DNA from: Gammaproteobacteria bacterium
GTDB taxonomy: Bacteria > Pseudomonadota > Gammaproteobacteria > Eutrophobiales > Eutrophobiaceae
Direction: 5' to 3'
Assembly: GCA_963422205.2 (NCBI GenBank)
Contig: CAXMWX010000005.1
Coordinates: forward strand, 672,001-736,000
Length of the DNA: 64,000 nucleotides
Part shown: positions 45,769 through 58,001 of the stretch, in pieces
Layout of the letters: the number at the start of each line of letters is the position of its first letter
How positions within the stretch are numbered: position 1 is the stretch's first letter
Program-made: the position numbers and the translations under genes
Notes under the pieces: generated by a model
Told to the model about the DNA's origin: nothing
The model's input: the letters and a program-made list of their open reading frames with translations, nothing else
Database searches by the model: none

Positions 45769-47474
45769 CAGTGGCGCCGCCGGGAAAAAACATTGGGGGG
45801 CGAAATGACGTCATAATTTGTGATTTTTGCAGAGCTACACGAAAACATGAATAAGACGATAAGACGCATTAGCTTTCCGTAGGTGCAGTTTAATCGGCAT
45901 TCTTAAAGTAGGCTATTGCACTTCTTACTGTAATTTTTTTTATTCCGAAATTTTTCATCAAACCAACGTACTAACTTTTGCAACCTTTGTGACAAAAGTG
46001 ACCAAAATTGCAAAAACTGCTAGATTTCCTGATACCTGAAGTATGCAAAGCTCTATTATGATGTCACAGTTAGGCTAAATTTTCTCGAATTTTAACAGAA
46101 ATTTAGGGCAAATAACAGCGAAACATCAAAATAGAATTACAGTAGCTAGCTTACCCTAAGATCAGTACAAATTTTAAAAAAGGAGGGGCATAATTTCCAC
46201 ATTTTTTCAGGCGTATTTTTTTCGGCGTAACAATTTAAAGTTGATTGAGAAACAAAAAAAGCTTTAAGGTTGTCCGGGGAATGTTCCCCTGGAAGAATTC
46301 GGAAAATTTGCATGCTGCGAATGGCTGTTTTAGCGCTTTTCGAATAATTTTCGGGCAAATTTTATTTGAATTTTTGACCCTAATCTGAGTGCTTCGCAAA
46401 TTACTATTCTAAGCGAGCTCGTACTTTCTTAAGCAAGCTCGTACAGCGCATTGATCGCTTTCTCGTGATAGGAAGATAAATAATATGCAACTAAATACAA
46501 TTACATTCGATACAACAGCTGGAAAAAATACACGGTGTCCATAAAGTCTTGTTGCAATTTAAAAGAAATTTCTCTTTGTTTTGAATGCCAGAGCAGAGTT
46601 CGTGGACTGTTCTCTTTTTTTTTTTTTGAAAAATATAGCAAAACATTTTTGCAATTTGACTCACAAAAAACATCGTCAAGCACAATGAAAACTCACCGCA
46701 ACATTTATTGAAAAAAATTATTGGCGATGATTTATCGATCACCGATATCGCTCAAAAAAATTGACATTTATCGATTATCGGCATCGCTTAAGGTTTTTTG
46801 AAATTATCAATTATCGTTATCGCTTTACTACAGAAAGGTTTATCATGCCCATCACTGATAGTGGTTGTGGGTCTGCAATCTGCATGCTTCAACGGTTAAA
46901 TATTTTGTTGCGCCTTCCTTTTTCTGTAAGCCTACCAGCTTTTCATCCTTTGCTTACGTCTGAGTATGTTCTGCGCAGAAATAAACAACAACAAAAATAT
47001 TGCTGAAGCGCAGTAAATTACATTCTGCTTTGGATTGCCAATCAATCTATGTATAATGAATACTTGCTAAAACTTAAAAGATTTCTGATTCTGAAAAGCC
47101 TTCACTTGCCCGCTGCTGCTTTAAATATCTCAAAACGTTACACTAGCTTCGTGAAATTACAGTACGTCAAGCCAGGTATGACTTCACAAAGTATTGAAAT
47201 ATCTAAGGTGGCTTTTATGATACAACAGCTGGTCATTGATATGAATTGCAACCATTGTCTTTTACAGTAAGCAGCGATTGCTTCTGTTACATGCGTTTGC
47301 AAATTGCGAAATTAGGAATGTCGACGAATATTAGAACACGAGATGGAGCAAAACAGCTCCCCATATCCCTTGAAAAAGAAACTGTGCGGTTCTAGACGAT
47401 TTGGAAAAATGGTCAAAAAACCATTGAAGGGGTGGTCGCCCCCTCTCGTCCCCCCCTCCGTGGCGGCGCCCCTG
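45769..47474. mobile_element. Non-autonomous hAT element interrupting the BED-finger codons
   Basis: TIR CAGTGGCGCCGCC / GGCGGCGCCCCTG; exact TSD AGTGCATG (45761-45768, 47475-47482). Confidence 0.88.
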
Positions 47475-48960
47475 AGTGCATGGTTTGCCAAGCCAGATTA
47501 AACAGCTCTAGCTTAGCACCGGCAAAACTCAAAGAACACATGCTAAAGATGCATGGGAATGGAAAATACAAGAACACAGCGCTAGCTGAATTTATAACAA
47601 AGATAGCCAAATTTCATGAAAAACCTACAGTACTCTGCCTGCTTGCGGTTTTGTACCCATTGACAAGCCGATTCTCACAGCATCGTACGAAGTGGCGTAC
47701 CTGATTGCGAAGCAGGGTAAACCACACACTATTGTGTGTGAGATCCACATTTCACTTTGTGCTCTACTCGTTACAAAACATTTTTTTAATTTTAATTTTA
47801 GCAGGGCTTCGGTGAGCACCTGCATGAAGCTTGAGGGGTTGGGTAGCTTAAAAAGTTTAAGAACCACTGTTCTAAAAACTTTGTACCTTGAGCATTTTTT
47901 CATCTTGTCTATGCGTTATAATAGACGTTTTGCAATCTATGGTGTTATTTATTATTACAGAAACGTCTACTATTGTGTCGTAATTACGTAACAATGTGGT
48001 ACTATCTGGAATTTTTTGGAATCGTAAATTTTCTATAAATAGGAGCGGAAATTCGTGATTGTATTCAGAAGAGTTTTAGACGTGTTTGGAATAAGTCTGT
48101 GTTGCTGCTTTTCGTATAGTAATTTTGAGTGAGTGTTAGCGGAGATTCCAGATTGATTTGCATTGCTCTGGGAGGAATACTTTTTGAGTCACTTAATATA
48201 TAATTTCGTTATACGTTAAGGGTGGTTTGTTTCTTTTTTTGAAAGTGGTAGATGCAAGGTTTCCAAAGAACATTGGATATAATACTGATACTCTCACGTC
48301 GTTCTCTGGGATAGATAACGTTTCCGTTCTCAGAGTTAAAGGTTGAATCTTTAGCCAAGTTTCAATATTGCGACAATGGCCTTATAATTCAATCGTGCTG
48401 AAGCACTGTCGGAAAAATTGCGAAAATTGCGAAATGAGCTTAAGCTCTTCATTGCAACAACCACCAAAAATATGCAGCCCAAATAGATGAACCACCAACA
48501 ATATGATAGCCTAAATATGTGCCAATGCGATGGGCTGCTGCCATGAATCGAACACATACCGCACGACTTTTAACGCGCGGCATTGCTGGCTCGTTTCAGT
48601 GTAGCATCCACCTGACACAATATTTAGAACGTAGAAAAGCTACAGTAATAGCGATAGACTGCTCGGCAGTAGAACGCTGGTTCTGTAATTAACGGACGTG
48701 GAAATCAACCGTTAATGTCCTGCAAAATATGCATTCAAGTACAGAATTAAACATACTTTAATGAGCAGTGAGAAGTGTACAAGTCTCTGTACTAACTGGT
48801 ATGGACTATAAAATTTTAGAAACACATCAGCGAAATACGTGATTTTTGATTCATAAATCTCACAATAGCAGCATTTTGAGATGATTTGTTACGATTTGTT
48901 AACACTTCTTCATATTGGGTCTACTATGTTTTTCATTTTGTCAATACATGCTTGCCCTCA

Positions 48961-49325
48961 AATCAAAAATCAAATCTTCATTATACTCTCGTTGATACGC
49001 CGAAGCGTGTTACGAGTGGCGGGGCCCATCTTCGCGACTAAGCGCCTGGGCTACACAGCTCCGAAGAAACGTTGCAGCGGTGGCGAGCTGTTGGCGACAC
49101 TGTGCCAATTTGATGGACCCGGTAATCAAACCCCAGGCCTCTCGCACCGCTAGCGTGTGCGCTTGGCAATTGAGCTAATCGACACAGTGTCCTCAACAGC
49201 TCCCCACCGCGTTGCGACGTTTCTTCGGAGCTGTGTTGTCCAGGCGCTAAGCCGCGGAAATGGGCCCCGCCACTCGATACACTCTTTGGCGCAATACCGC
49301 GAGTATACTGAAGATTTGATTTTGA
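48961..49325. mobile_element. Inverted pair of family A SINEs
   Basis: A minus-strand copy with head (48961-49180) abuts a headless plus-strand copy (49181-49325). Confidence 0.82.
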
Positions 49326-49331
49326 TGCTTA

Positions 49332-49497
49332 CCCTGTCCACATGCCCAATTTTAGCGGGCAAAAAGCATAGGCTTCTGCATCATAATCAAGGTTTTTAAG
49401 TCATACATGAAAAAAGGGATTATGACATCAAAAATTTAATTATGACGCAGAAAGCCCCTGGGCTTTTGCTCCGCCAACATTTGACATGTGGACAGGG
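49332..49497. mobile_element. Short palindromic MITE
   Basis: TIR CCCTGTCCACATG / CATGTGGACAGGG flanked by TA; imperfect inverted similarity continues inward. Confidence 0.7.
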
Positions 49498-50299
49498 TAA
49501 ATAACAACCCACTTTTATGCCTATGAAGGCCTACCTGTTTCTTTATCTTTTTTGCAGCACATTTTTCCCTGATTGCAACATCCGATAACACAAAACAGCA
49601 TAATGAGTCCTCCGATTGAAAGAACAATTGGAATAACAGTTGCATCTAAAATAGTAAAAAGTGAAAATAATGTTTTTTTAATACCTGAAAACGTTGTTTG
49701 AGCAAGCTTTTTTTGCAAATTAGACAACTGCTGCTTTACAAAACTGCTTTTTTAGAATCGCGTAAGTATCCGAAAAATTAATTTTGGCACATCGTGGGCT
49801 TGGCGCATGATCTTTTTTACTGTGTGCATATAATTATCTCGATTGAGCTTAATTTTTTCTTATCATTTCCGTAATTTTCCATATTTTTGGTGGTTTCAAA
49901 TCCTAGTCTTGATCTTTCGAGTTTGCAACCTTAACCTTTGTGCTTCCTCGCTCGTAATGTTAAATTCTTTGTGTCAGCAGCCTCATGTTGCTTAAGTTGT
50001 TATTTTTATTTTGCTGTGAGTTACGTAAACATCATTTCAGTTTATAAGTTTGAAACAGGCAGCTATTTGAACTTCAAATTTAGCGTTTCGCCATGCCAGA
50101 AAAAAGAATACGCAGCGCAATTTTGCCTCCCCTCCAAAAAAATGCGTGACTGCTAGCACGAATTGGACGATTATTATTGCAATTATTATTAAGAAATTTT
50201 ACGGCGCTTTATAACTGAGGATGTTTTTTATAAAGAAAATTAATTTTTAACGCAACAAGAGGGATAGCAATCACAATTAGGTATAATTCTGGAGGAACT

Positions 50300-50590
50300 G
50301 AGCGTTCGCCTTTCGAGCTGTAGACGTGGGTTTGATGTCGGATCAAACCAGTGACTTTAAAATTGGTATTTACAGCTTCCCTGCTTGACGTTCAGCATTA
50401 AAGGGGCAATGTGGAGAACAAACCGACAACTTTACTTGTAGTGCCGTAAGGAAAGGCGCTTAGCGGAATTACACCATCTTGGTGTGGCAAGCATGCGGGT
50501 GGCCGGCAACTCCTATATGCGAGCTCGTTATACTGCTTTGATTGCTTTCTGGTCATGGGAAAACGAACACGCAACCAAATAGGCCTACAA
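50300..50590 (+). mobile_element. SINE family B, diverged copy
   Basis: Aligns by eye to 43931-44241 (GACTTTAAAATTGGTATT.ACAGCTTC.CTGCTTGACG.TCAGCAT; GGCAACTCCTA..GCGAGCTCGTTAT). Confidence 0.8.
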
Positions 50591-51569
50591 ATTCTTTATT
50601 TGTCTTTGTTGAATTTGTAGTGATAATACAGACAACTGCAGCCATTGCAATTGAGAAGATTACAACTGTTTCGAAAAATCTCATCAGTGCAGCACGACAG
50701 GAATCAAAAAGAGGGACGACCGATTAAAACTGTCTGCTTAATGCCACAAACTACGCTATGTTAACAAGGCAGCATTGAAGGCATGAAGTGATTTACATCA
50801 CCACACAAGATGACATCGTGGTCACAATAAGATATCTTGAATCTCTGAGAACCATAGAAACAACTTATTCTGGCTTGTGTTGAAGATATATGGTCTTCAA
50901 CTTCAAAATTTCGGAAAATCAGTTCGATCTAATGGCCGATGGTCAAACTTAGCGAAAATAAATTTCTCCACAGTGAAATAACAGCTTTACGCCATGAAAA
51001 CCCTTCTGACCCAACCTATAGCTATTCTCCCTACCAGTTTCTGCACTGTAGCTAACCCGTTTTGTTAAATTTATGTGTGTGGCGATTACGTGTTCGTTGT
51101 TCGTTACTGGACGTCGTGCAATCTATTTCCTATACGAAATCTGACTGATTCTCAACATGTTTCATAGATAGTGTAATTTTTTATCTTTTCCCCAATTCTT
51201 TCACACGTTTTCCATTATTTTTTTTATCATCTCCTCCTCCGTCCTGGAACGGGCAGGTTTTCGAAAATGGAAGGTGTGATTTCCAGCAATAATATTCAAC
51301 GTGGCCATGCTTGTATTTGCTTTTTTTGCACTCATTTAAATTCGCGTGCTTGCTAAAAATCTCTCTCTCTCTTCTGGCTCTTACATCGGTGTGCCACCTT
51401 GAGATCGAGACTGCAGTACCGTGCTGCAACAAAAAACATCCTGAACTCCAACATGTTCAAAGTTGTTTAAATGAGAATAAAAATGCGAATACTGTGTGCA
51501 ATGTCGCAAACAAAAAAATAAAGATAAATTGTGGTAACTATGTGTTTGTGTAAACTTCTTTTGATCGCA

Positions 51570-51768
51570 GCCGAACCCCTGCTACAGCCTCACCGAACCC
51601 CTATAGGGTTTGATCGAACATACTTTACAAACCACTGCTTTAATGCTTAATCTCAAGCAGGGAAGCTGTTGATACCAATTTTAAATCATTGGTTTGACTC
51701 GAGTTGGAATCAAATTAGAGTTTACTGCTTTCGACTTAGACTGTCTATCCATTCGGCCATGCGAGCTG
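51570..51768 (-). mobile_element. Solo hAT end (family of 42584) abutting a SINE B 5' fragment
   Basis: 51570-51637 is the reverse complement of a CAGTGGTT..AAA...GATC.AACCC...GGGGTTCG end. 51638-51768 matches the SINE B head on the minus strand. Confidence 0.6.
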
Positions 51769-53803
51769 CACATGAATGGCGAAGACTTCGAGGAAGTATA
51801 GCCGGTTCTGTATCAACAAAACGGTTTGGTATGAAGAAAGTTGATTATTCTAAGATAAAATCTGGTGGTAGTACACTTATTGTATAGTATTTTCCACTGA
51901 AGCAGTAGGCTGATAATTGAGCGCCCTTAGCAAAGCTTAATACGGGTATGTTGTGCTGCTTTTCGGCCTTGGTACCAGCGTTGGCATTGCTTTGTTTACG
52001 TGGCTGCTTTTTCATTCTTTTTTCTTTTCATTCCATCCTACAAGCTTTCGTTGAAATTAGAAAAGATGGCCCCGTAATTAAATTAGCCATGGCCCCACTC
52101 ACTGTTTGCTCGCTTTTGCTTGAACCTCGAACAGTTGACTTCTACAAACAAAACATTAAAAATGCAACAATAATTAGGCATTATCGTATACAACAGAAAA
52201 CAATTTTATTTTTACCATCTTTTTCCTCGTATTTATTTCCCAGGCAATGGGTTGCTGGAAGGATGGATGACAAAATGAAGAAGTTTATGCGTAAAAACAA
52301 TGAATACATAGCTTAGCGTTGATCCTGTGAATATTATTTTTTAACGTTCAAATGAAAGTATTGTACAACTTCAGTATAATACTGAAACTGAATGATCAAG
52401 CAGTCGAGGAGCCACTGGTTTCACGCTGCGTAAAACTATCATATTCAAACAGCAAATCCCTTTTTCAAATGAAATGATCGGCTGGCAAATATTTAAGTGC
52501 AAATAGCTTTGTAGGTCTTCAATAAATGGTTATTAAATTATCATTAGGTTTCCGGCGCTCTACAACTGAAAAAATACTTCATTAGGGTTTCCGACGGAGA
52601 GGAAATCTTGTTTGTACAGAGTAGCCTATAAATACTATACAACATAAGACCTCCGTAACTTAATTTATTGTGATGATAAGTTACCGAAAATTGTCTGTCT
52701 TCAGCCGTCAAGATTTTACATTGCACGCCCAAAGTCAATAAAGCTACCTTTGCACAATAATATTGTAACTTTTGACCACTACTCTGCGGAATTCATTGCG
52801 TGTCAAACCTCTCAACGCGACCGTTTGTGACACGATTTACGGGAAAGACGAAAATAATCGATGTTGCTATTCTCCAATTAGGTTTGAGTTTTCGTTATAT
52901 TACTCTATAAACTGCAAGTTGAAGCAAGGCTCAACCCCTATATTGAATAAGATAATCACCTGAGGAGCCGACAACGGTGAAACAGTGTGTAGTGTTTTTT
53001 TATGATTTTATGATTGAGTGGTTTTATAATTATTTCAAACTGCAATAAGTGCGTAATTTGAATCGAATGAGCAAGCCCTTGCATGTCTGCATTTACTACT
53101 GACTCATTTACAGTATTTCAAACGGAGTAGGATGCACGGTTGGAATCGCGCGCACAAACTCTTTCTGATCTCAAAAGAACAAAATTACCTAACATTGCAA
53201 TCACCACGCTGCACGGACATCTTTAAATTTTTATTACTGATATAGTGAAATGTATATAAATTTAAATCTGCACATGTGAATTGAATGCTTTTTGAATTCT
53301 GACAAACCCTTTTCTGTATTCGTAAAAATTCAATGCAAGACTTTTGCACAATGCCCAACAATTGCAAATTGTTGAAAGCTACGAACTGATTTCTCTGTAA
53401 AACTGATTTTATTGTTAACGCTTATTACTACAATTTCACAACTGCATTATTAACAGCATTGCTTTTCGACAAAGAGCTGTTTTCACAAGATGCTGTACGC
53501 AACCCTAAAAACGTTTCACTAAAATTGTTTTTCTCACTATACTTTGACCTACTAAACCTCTAATCCCTTGCGTGTCACTGGTGACCTGGCAAATTTCTTC
53601 CTTGCTCTAAGTCACGCCACACTTTCTGGGTCAAATATGATAAAGATATTTTTTAGTAGCAAGTGATGCCGTGAGGGATAAACTTACGTGTGCAAGGGCG
53701 AGTTTTATGACCATGTGTGACGTGTATACACAATGAAATGACGTAATTAACGTCCAGATTGTCTAGCTTCGACAGAAACTAGTTTACTGGTGAAATGATG
53801 AAT

Positions 53804-54125
53804 AAACTAAAATTAGAAAACATACTAAAAACGTATGCAATTGCTGTTTCTTTACATTAATTGAAAACATATAAACTAAAATTATAAACTAAAAACTAAA
53901 ATTAGAAAACATACTAAAAACGTATGCAATTGCTGTTTCTTTACATTAATTGAAAACATATAAACTAAAATTATAAACTAAAAACTAAAATTAGAAAACA
54001 TACTAAAAACGTATGCAATTGCTGTTTCTTTACATTAACTGAAAACATATAAACTAAAATTATAAACTAAAAACTAAAATTAGAAAACATACTAAAAACG
54101 TATGCAATTGCTGTTTCTTTACATT
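53804..54125. repeat. Tandem repeat, 89-bp unit, ~3.6 copies
   Basis: CATACTAAAAACGTATGCAATTGCTGTTTCTTTACATT recurs at 53821, 53910, 53999 and 54088. Confidence 0.92.
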
Positions 54126-54609
54126 TCTTGTCTGATTTTTCTACTAATTATTTTGTGTATGCAGGAGAAAGCAGTAATTTTAAAACTATTACTAAATATT
54201 TTGTGTATGCATGAGAAAGCAGTAATTTTAAGCCTATTGCTGCTGGATGTAGCAGGTTTTCGATACGGTAGGGGCTTATACACCTCATTTTCGTTGATTA
54301 AAATTTAGCCTATGTGAATTGCTACTGTTTCACTTCTTGCAACCCTTTGTATTATTAAAGGTCGTTCTCAAAAACTGGTAAAAATCAGTAACTTTAGAAC
54401 GATTAAAAAACCAATTAAGAAAAACCTTATTCAGCATTAATGTGTGCGTCGTGGTTGCAGTGTATGAGGTAACTGTGCGGTATAAGCTCTACCGAGGGAC
54501 AACTTTATGGTAATACTATAGCAGTCGCGAGAACGCTGCGCTAACAAGAACTTTAACATTGGGGTTACTCAATATCAAGGTTATCAGTACGCGTGCTTTT
54601 GCCATTGTA

Positions 54610-55182
54610 CAGTGGAATTCGGTTAATAAATCCACCTCGGGACAGCCGGTTTTGGATTTAATACGCGGCGGCTTTAATAAACGGCGTTTCCTAAAAATGC
54701 ATCTCACCATTGTGGATATCCCCCTGCAGCGGCAAAAATGCACAAAATGTACTATTTTTTCAATATTTATTCGACACAGAAAAATCTGCGCAATGAAGTT
54801 TGCTTCGGTGGAAATGTTTTCCTCAGATGGCCATTCACTTCTTCTTTCATATCACAAAGCATGTCCATCTTCTTAAACCCAGTACGCTCTAGCCCCAGGG
54901 CCAAGCGACGAAAACATTTCCGCATCTCTGCTGCTAGGACATGTACGTACTTGTCCATACGAAACTGATATTCCAATATTGTACGTAGGCCTACTTACTA
55001 GCACATAATGAAGAAAAATTTGACTGCATTAAGCACGTAAACTGGATGTATTAAGCGGCGCTTGGATTTATTAACCGAAGTTTTTATAACGGGAAAGGAT
55101 TGGGACCACTCCGTTCCAAGCAAATTGGATGTAATAAGCGGCTGGATTTATTAACCGTGGATTCATTAACCGAATTCCACTG
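54610..55182 (-). mobile_element. pogo/Tigger-like non-autonomous element
   Basis: 26-bp TIR CAGTGGAATTCGGTTAAT(A/G)AATCCAC with TA TSD; repeated GGATTTATTAACCG subterminal motifs; residual ORF ending KQTSLRRFF. Confidence 0.85.
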
Positions 55183-55613
55183 TATAGCAGCGCCACTGAT
55201 GGCTTTATCGAGATGAAACAGAACTTCCCTGGTCTCAGTTTCTCGAATCCAGTTATTTGAGCAAATAATTTTATAAACTCGAGTCCAGTTCTTAAAAGGA
55301 ATATCGCCATGTTTGCTTTCAATTATGCTGTAAAACGTTTATAACTTCATAGATTTTCAAAATATTTTAATGAAACCGAAGTTTTCTCTTCATTATCGCA
55401 GTTAGGTACTTGAATGTTACTCGTACAAGCTTTTACGTTACTGTTCAGCAGGTGGCAGTAGACTCGATGACCGCACGGTCTATTCGCTGTTACCTGGCCA
55501 AGTGAATACACCTACACTGAAAATTGCGTTATTACATTTTAATTTTGCTGTTACGTTCTGTATCACTTGGTGAATAAACAAACAGATTGATTGTTCTTCT
55601 CGAGCATTTAGAC

Positions 55614-55963
55614 CAGGGGTGGGCAATTATTTCACACGAAGGGCCAGAATTGGGAAAACTGTTGAAGCCGCAGGCCGCACGCTGATTGGAAAACAAGGTG
55701 AAGACCTTTTTTTTTTTTGGAGATCACGGTCCACGTACAAATGTGATCTCCAAAATAAGAGGTTTTCACCACGTTTTTTATTCCAATTTTGCACCGTTGA
55801 GCTTATTTTTTGAAAATCACTGCCATCCATGATCTCTAAAGGAAAAAAAAGGTCTTCCGCTAAGTTCACGGTGAGAACTTAAGTTTGTGTAAGTGCCGGC
55901 GGGCCAGAATAAAAGGACCGGCAGGCCGGACTTGGCCCGCGGGCCGTAGTTTGCCCATGTCTG
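55614..55963. mobile_element. hAT (Charlie-like) MITE
   Basis: CAGGGGTGGGCAA / TTGCCCATGTCTG ends; exact TSD ATTTAGAC; GGCCCGCGGGCC subterminal palindrome. Confidence 0.88.
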
Positions 55964-56438
55964 ATTTAGACCTTGCTAGAGCAGTACGGAAGTATAGTTG
56001 TTATAGCGGATATAGCATACTGATACGTTGATTAATCACCTTTTAATAAAACGCTATTGCCTCTAGGGTCAATATTTCTCACAACGGTGCTCATGAGGCT
56101 GATGTTTCATTTGCTAAAATACACTAACAGCCATTTTTAATCAACAACGATTCAGCAGTTTATTGCTTTTTGTTAAGAATGCGCTAAAGTGGTACTTCAT
56201 TGTGCAACAAAAAAATTCTTTGCGGCTAAGTCCAATGTAGGTTCACATGACCGTAAAGTCTATTTTTTAATTTTCATCTCTGTTTGTTTGAAGGAAACAA
56301 AAATTCTTTTCAGCTGTGTGATTGCTGGCAATTTGAAAATCAATCGTGAAGGAAATAGGCCAGCTTCATAAAGACCATCAGTTAGCCTAATACAATGTGC
56401 GAAAAGCGAAAATAGGCCGGTAAAGCGTACGTGGAATA

Positions 56439-57477
56439 CATCCTTGTGCAAAGTAATCTGGGCAGTTGAAAAAAAAAACGCATGAATTTAAGACATTTTG
56501 CTTTTATTTGAAATTTGGAGAAAGCACAGTTTATTTTTGTGGATATTGATAACTGAAATGTCCACCACTTGCTTTGAGGACTAGATCTACTCGTTTTTTC
56601 ATCGACAGCACCAACTTTTTGCAGATGTTTTTGATTTCATCATCGTGAAACCATATGTGTATTACAGACTAAATCAGCTTGGTTTTTGTAGTGCAGTCCT
56701 GCTTCCTCAAGCGATTTTTCACAATGAACCACAGGTGTTTTATAGGATTAAGGTCTGGAGCATTACCAGGCCATTCCATCACTTCCATTTTCACTTTTTG
56801 AAACAATTTGTAATAATCTTGGCCTTGCGACCTGGGGCAGAGTTTTGTTAAAAAATGACTTGAGGATGAAGGTTTGCCAATTTTCTTGATACTCTTTTTT
56901 TATTATTGGCAAATAAGTTTTGCTGTTCATCATCCCCTCAATAGGCTCGAGAGCTCCCGGGCCATTGACAGAAAAGCATCTCCAAGCCATCTTTTTGTCC
57001 AGATATTTAACGGATTAAACAAAGTGCTCTTCTCGAAGTGGCTAACCTTCATTCTCAAGTCATTTTTTAACAAAACTCCGCCCCAGGCCGCAAGGCCAAG
57101 ATTATTACAAATTGTTTCAAAAAGTGAAAATGGAAGTGATGGAATGGCCTGGTAATGCTCCAGACCTCAATCCTATAGAACACCTGTGGTTCATTGTGAA
57201 AAATCGCTTGAGGAAGCAGGACTGCACTACAAAAATCAAGCTGATTTAGTCTGTAATACACATATGGTTTCACGATGATGAAATCAAAAACATCTGCAAA
57301 AAGTTGGTGCTGTCGATGAAAAAACGAGTAGATCTAGTCCTCAAAGCAAGTGGTGAACATTTCAATTATCAATATCCACAAAAATAAACTGTGCTTTCTC
57401 CAAATTTCAAATAAAAGCAAAATGTCTTAAATTCATGCGTTTTTTTTCAACTGCCCAGATTACTTTGCACAAGAGTG
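56439..57477. mobile_element. Palindromic Tc1-derived element (two inverted copies of the 3' end)
   Basis: ~440-bp inverted arms (56439-56879, 57038-57477) encode the Tc1 motif region (WPGNAPDLNPIEHLW in the right arm). The spacer encodes WRCFSVNGPGALEPIEGMMNSKTY. Confidence 0.92.
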
Positions 57478-58001
57478 AATGTGCTACCATGATAGTAAGA
57501 AGTCTCCGTATGTTACCATCATAGACGCACGGTAAAGCGTACGTGGAATATGTGCTACCATCATAATGAGAAGTCTCCGTGTGTTTCCACCATGCCCCTC
57601 CCCAACCCCTTGGCACTGGCGTTGTTGTAGATTATAGAACACACTAGCACCTCATCCAATCAAATGCTGTGACCATCGTCAAACCACGGTCAAACATCAT
57701 TACCCAGGTCCCAAGATAAACTATTTGGTCAAGAATTTTACGTAATATTGTGGCAAGCAAAAGCGCGAATGACCTAGTAGTGCGGGCAATTATATTCCAA
57801 TCTTTCTGACCTCATAAAGACTTGAGAATATCATAGCTACCAAAATGTAAATGCAGTAACGTTCACAAAGCGTAACTCTTAACCATACTCCAACATTTTC
57901 TTTTACCTAAATAAGAATATATTTCAACATTCGATTAAAACAGCAGCGGTAATTTATATCTAGAGCAGAACACCTAGAGCAGAGGTGACGAACACCTAGA
58001 G

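Larger units (their letters stand above)
42584..47869 (+). mobile_element. Internally deleted hAT (Charlie/Buster-like) transposon with nested elements
   Basis: 15-bp TIR CAGTGGTTCTTAAAC / GTTTAAGAACCACTG; TSD TTCTAGAA/TTCTAAAA. Transposase N-terminus at 45673-47733 has a BED-type CxxC..H...H and ASYEVAYLIAKQGKPHTI. Confidence 0.88.

Noticed and set aside
51181-52316. Candidate host exons (acceptor-like sites near 51425 minus and 52243 plus)
   Set aside because: Polypyrimidine-AG signals and short open frames exist, but no protein similarity is recognisable and no partner exons were found.
53804-54125. Possible CRISPR array
   Set aside because: The units are contiguous, near-identical 89-mers with no unique spacers. 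There are no cas genes and the context is eukaryotic.
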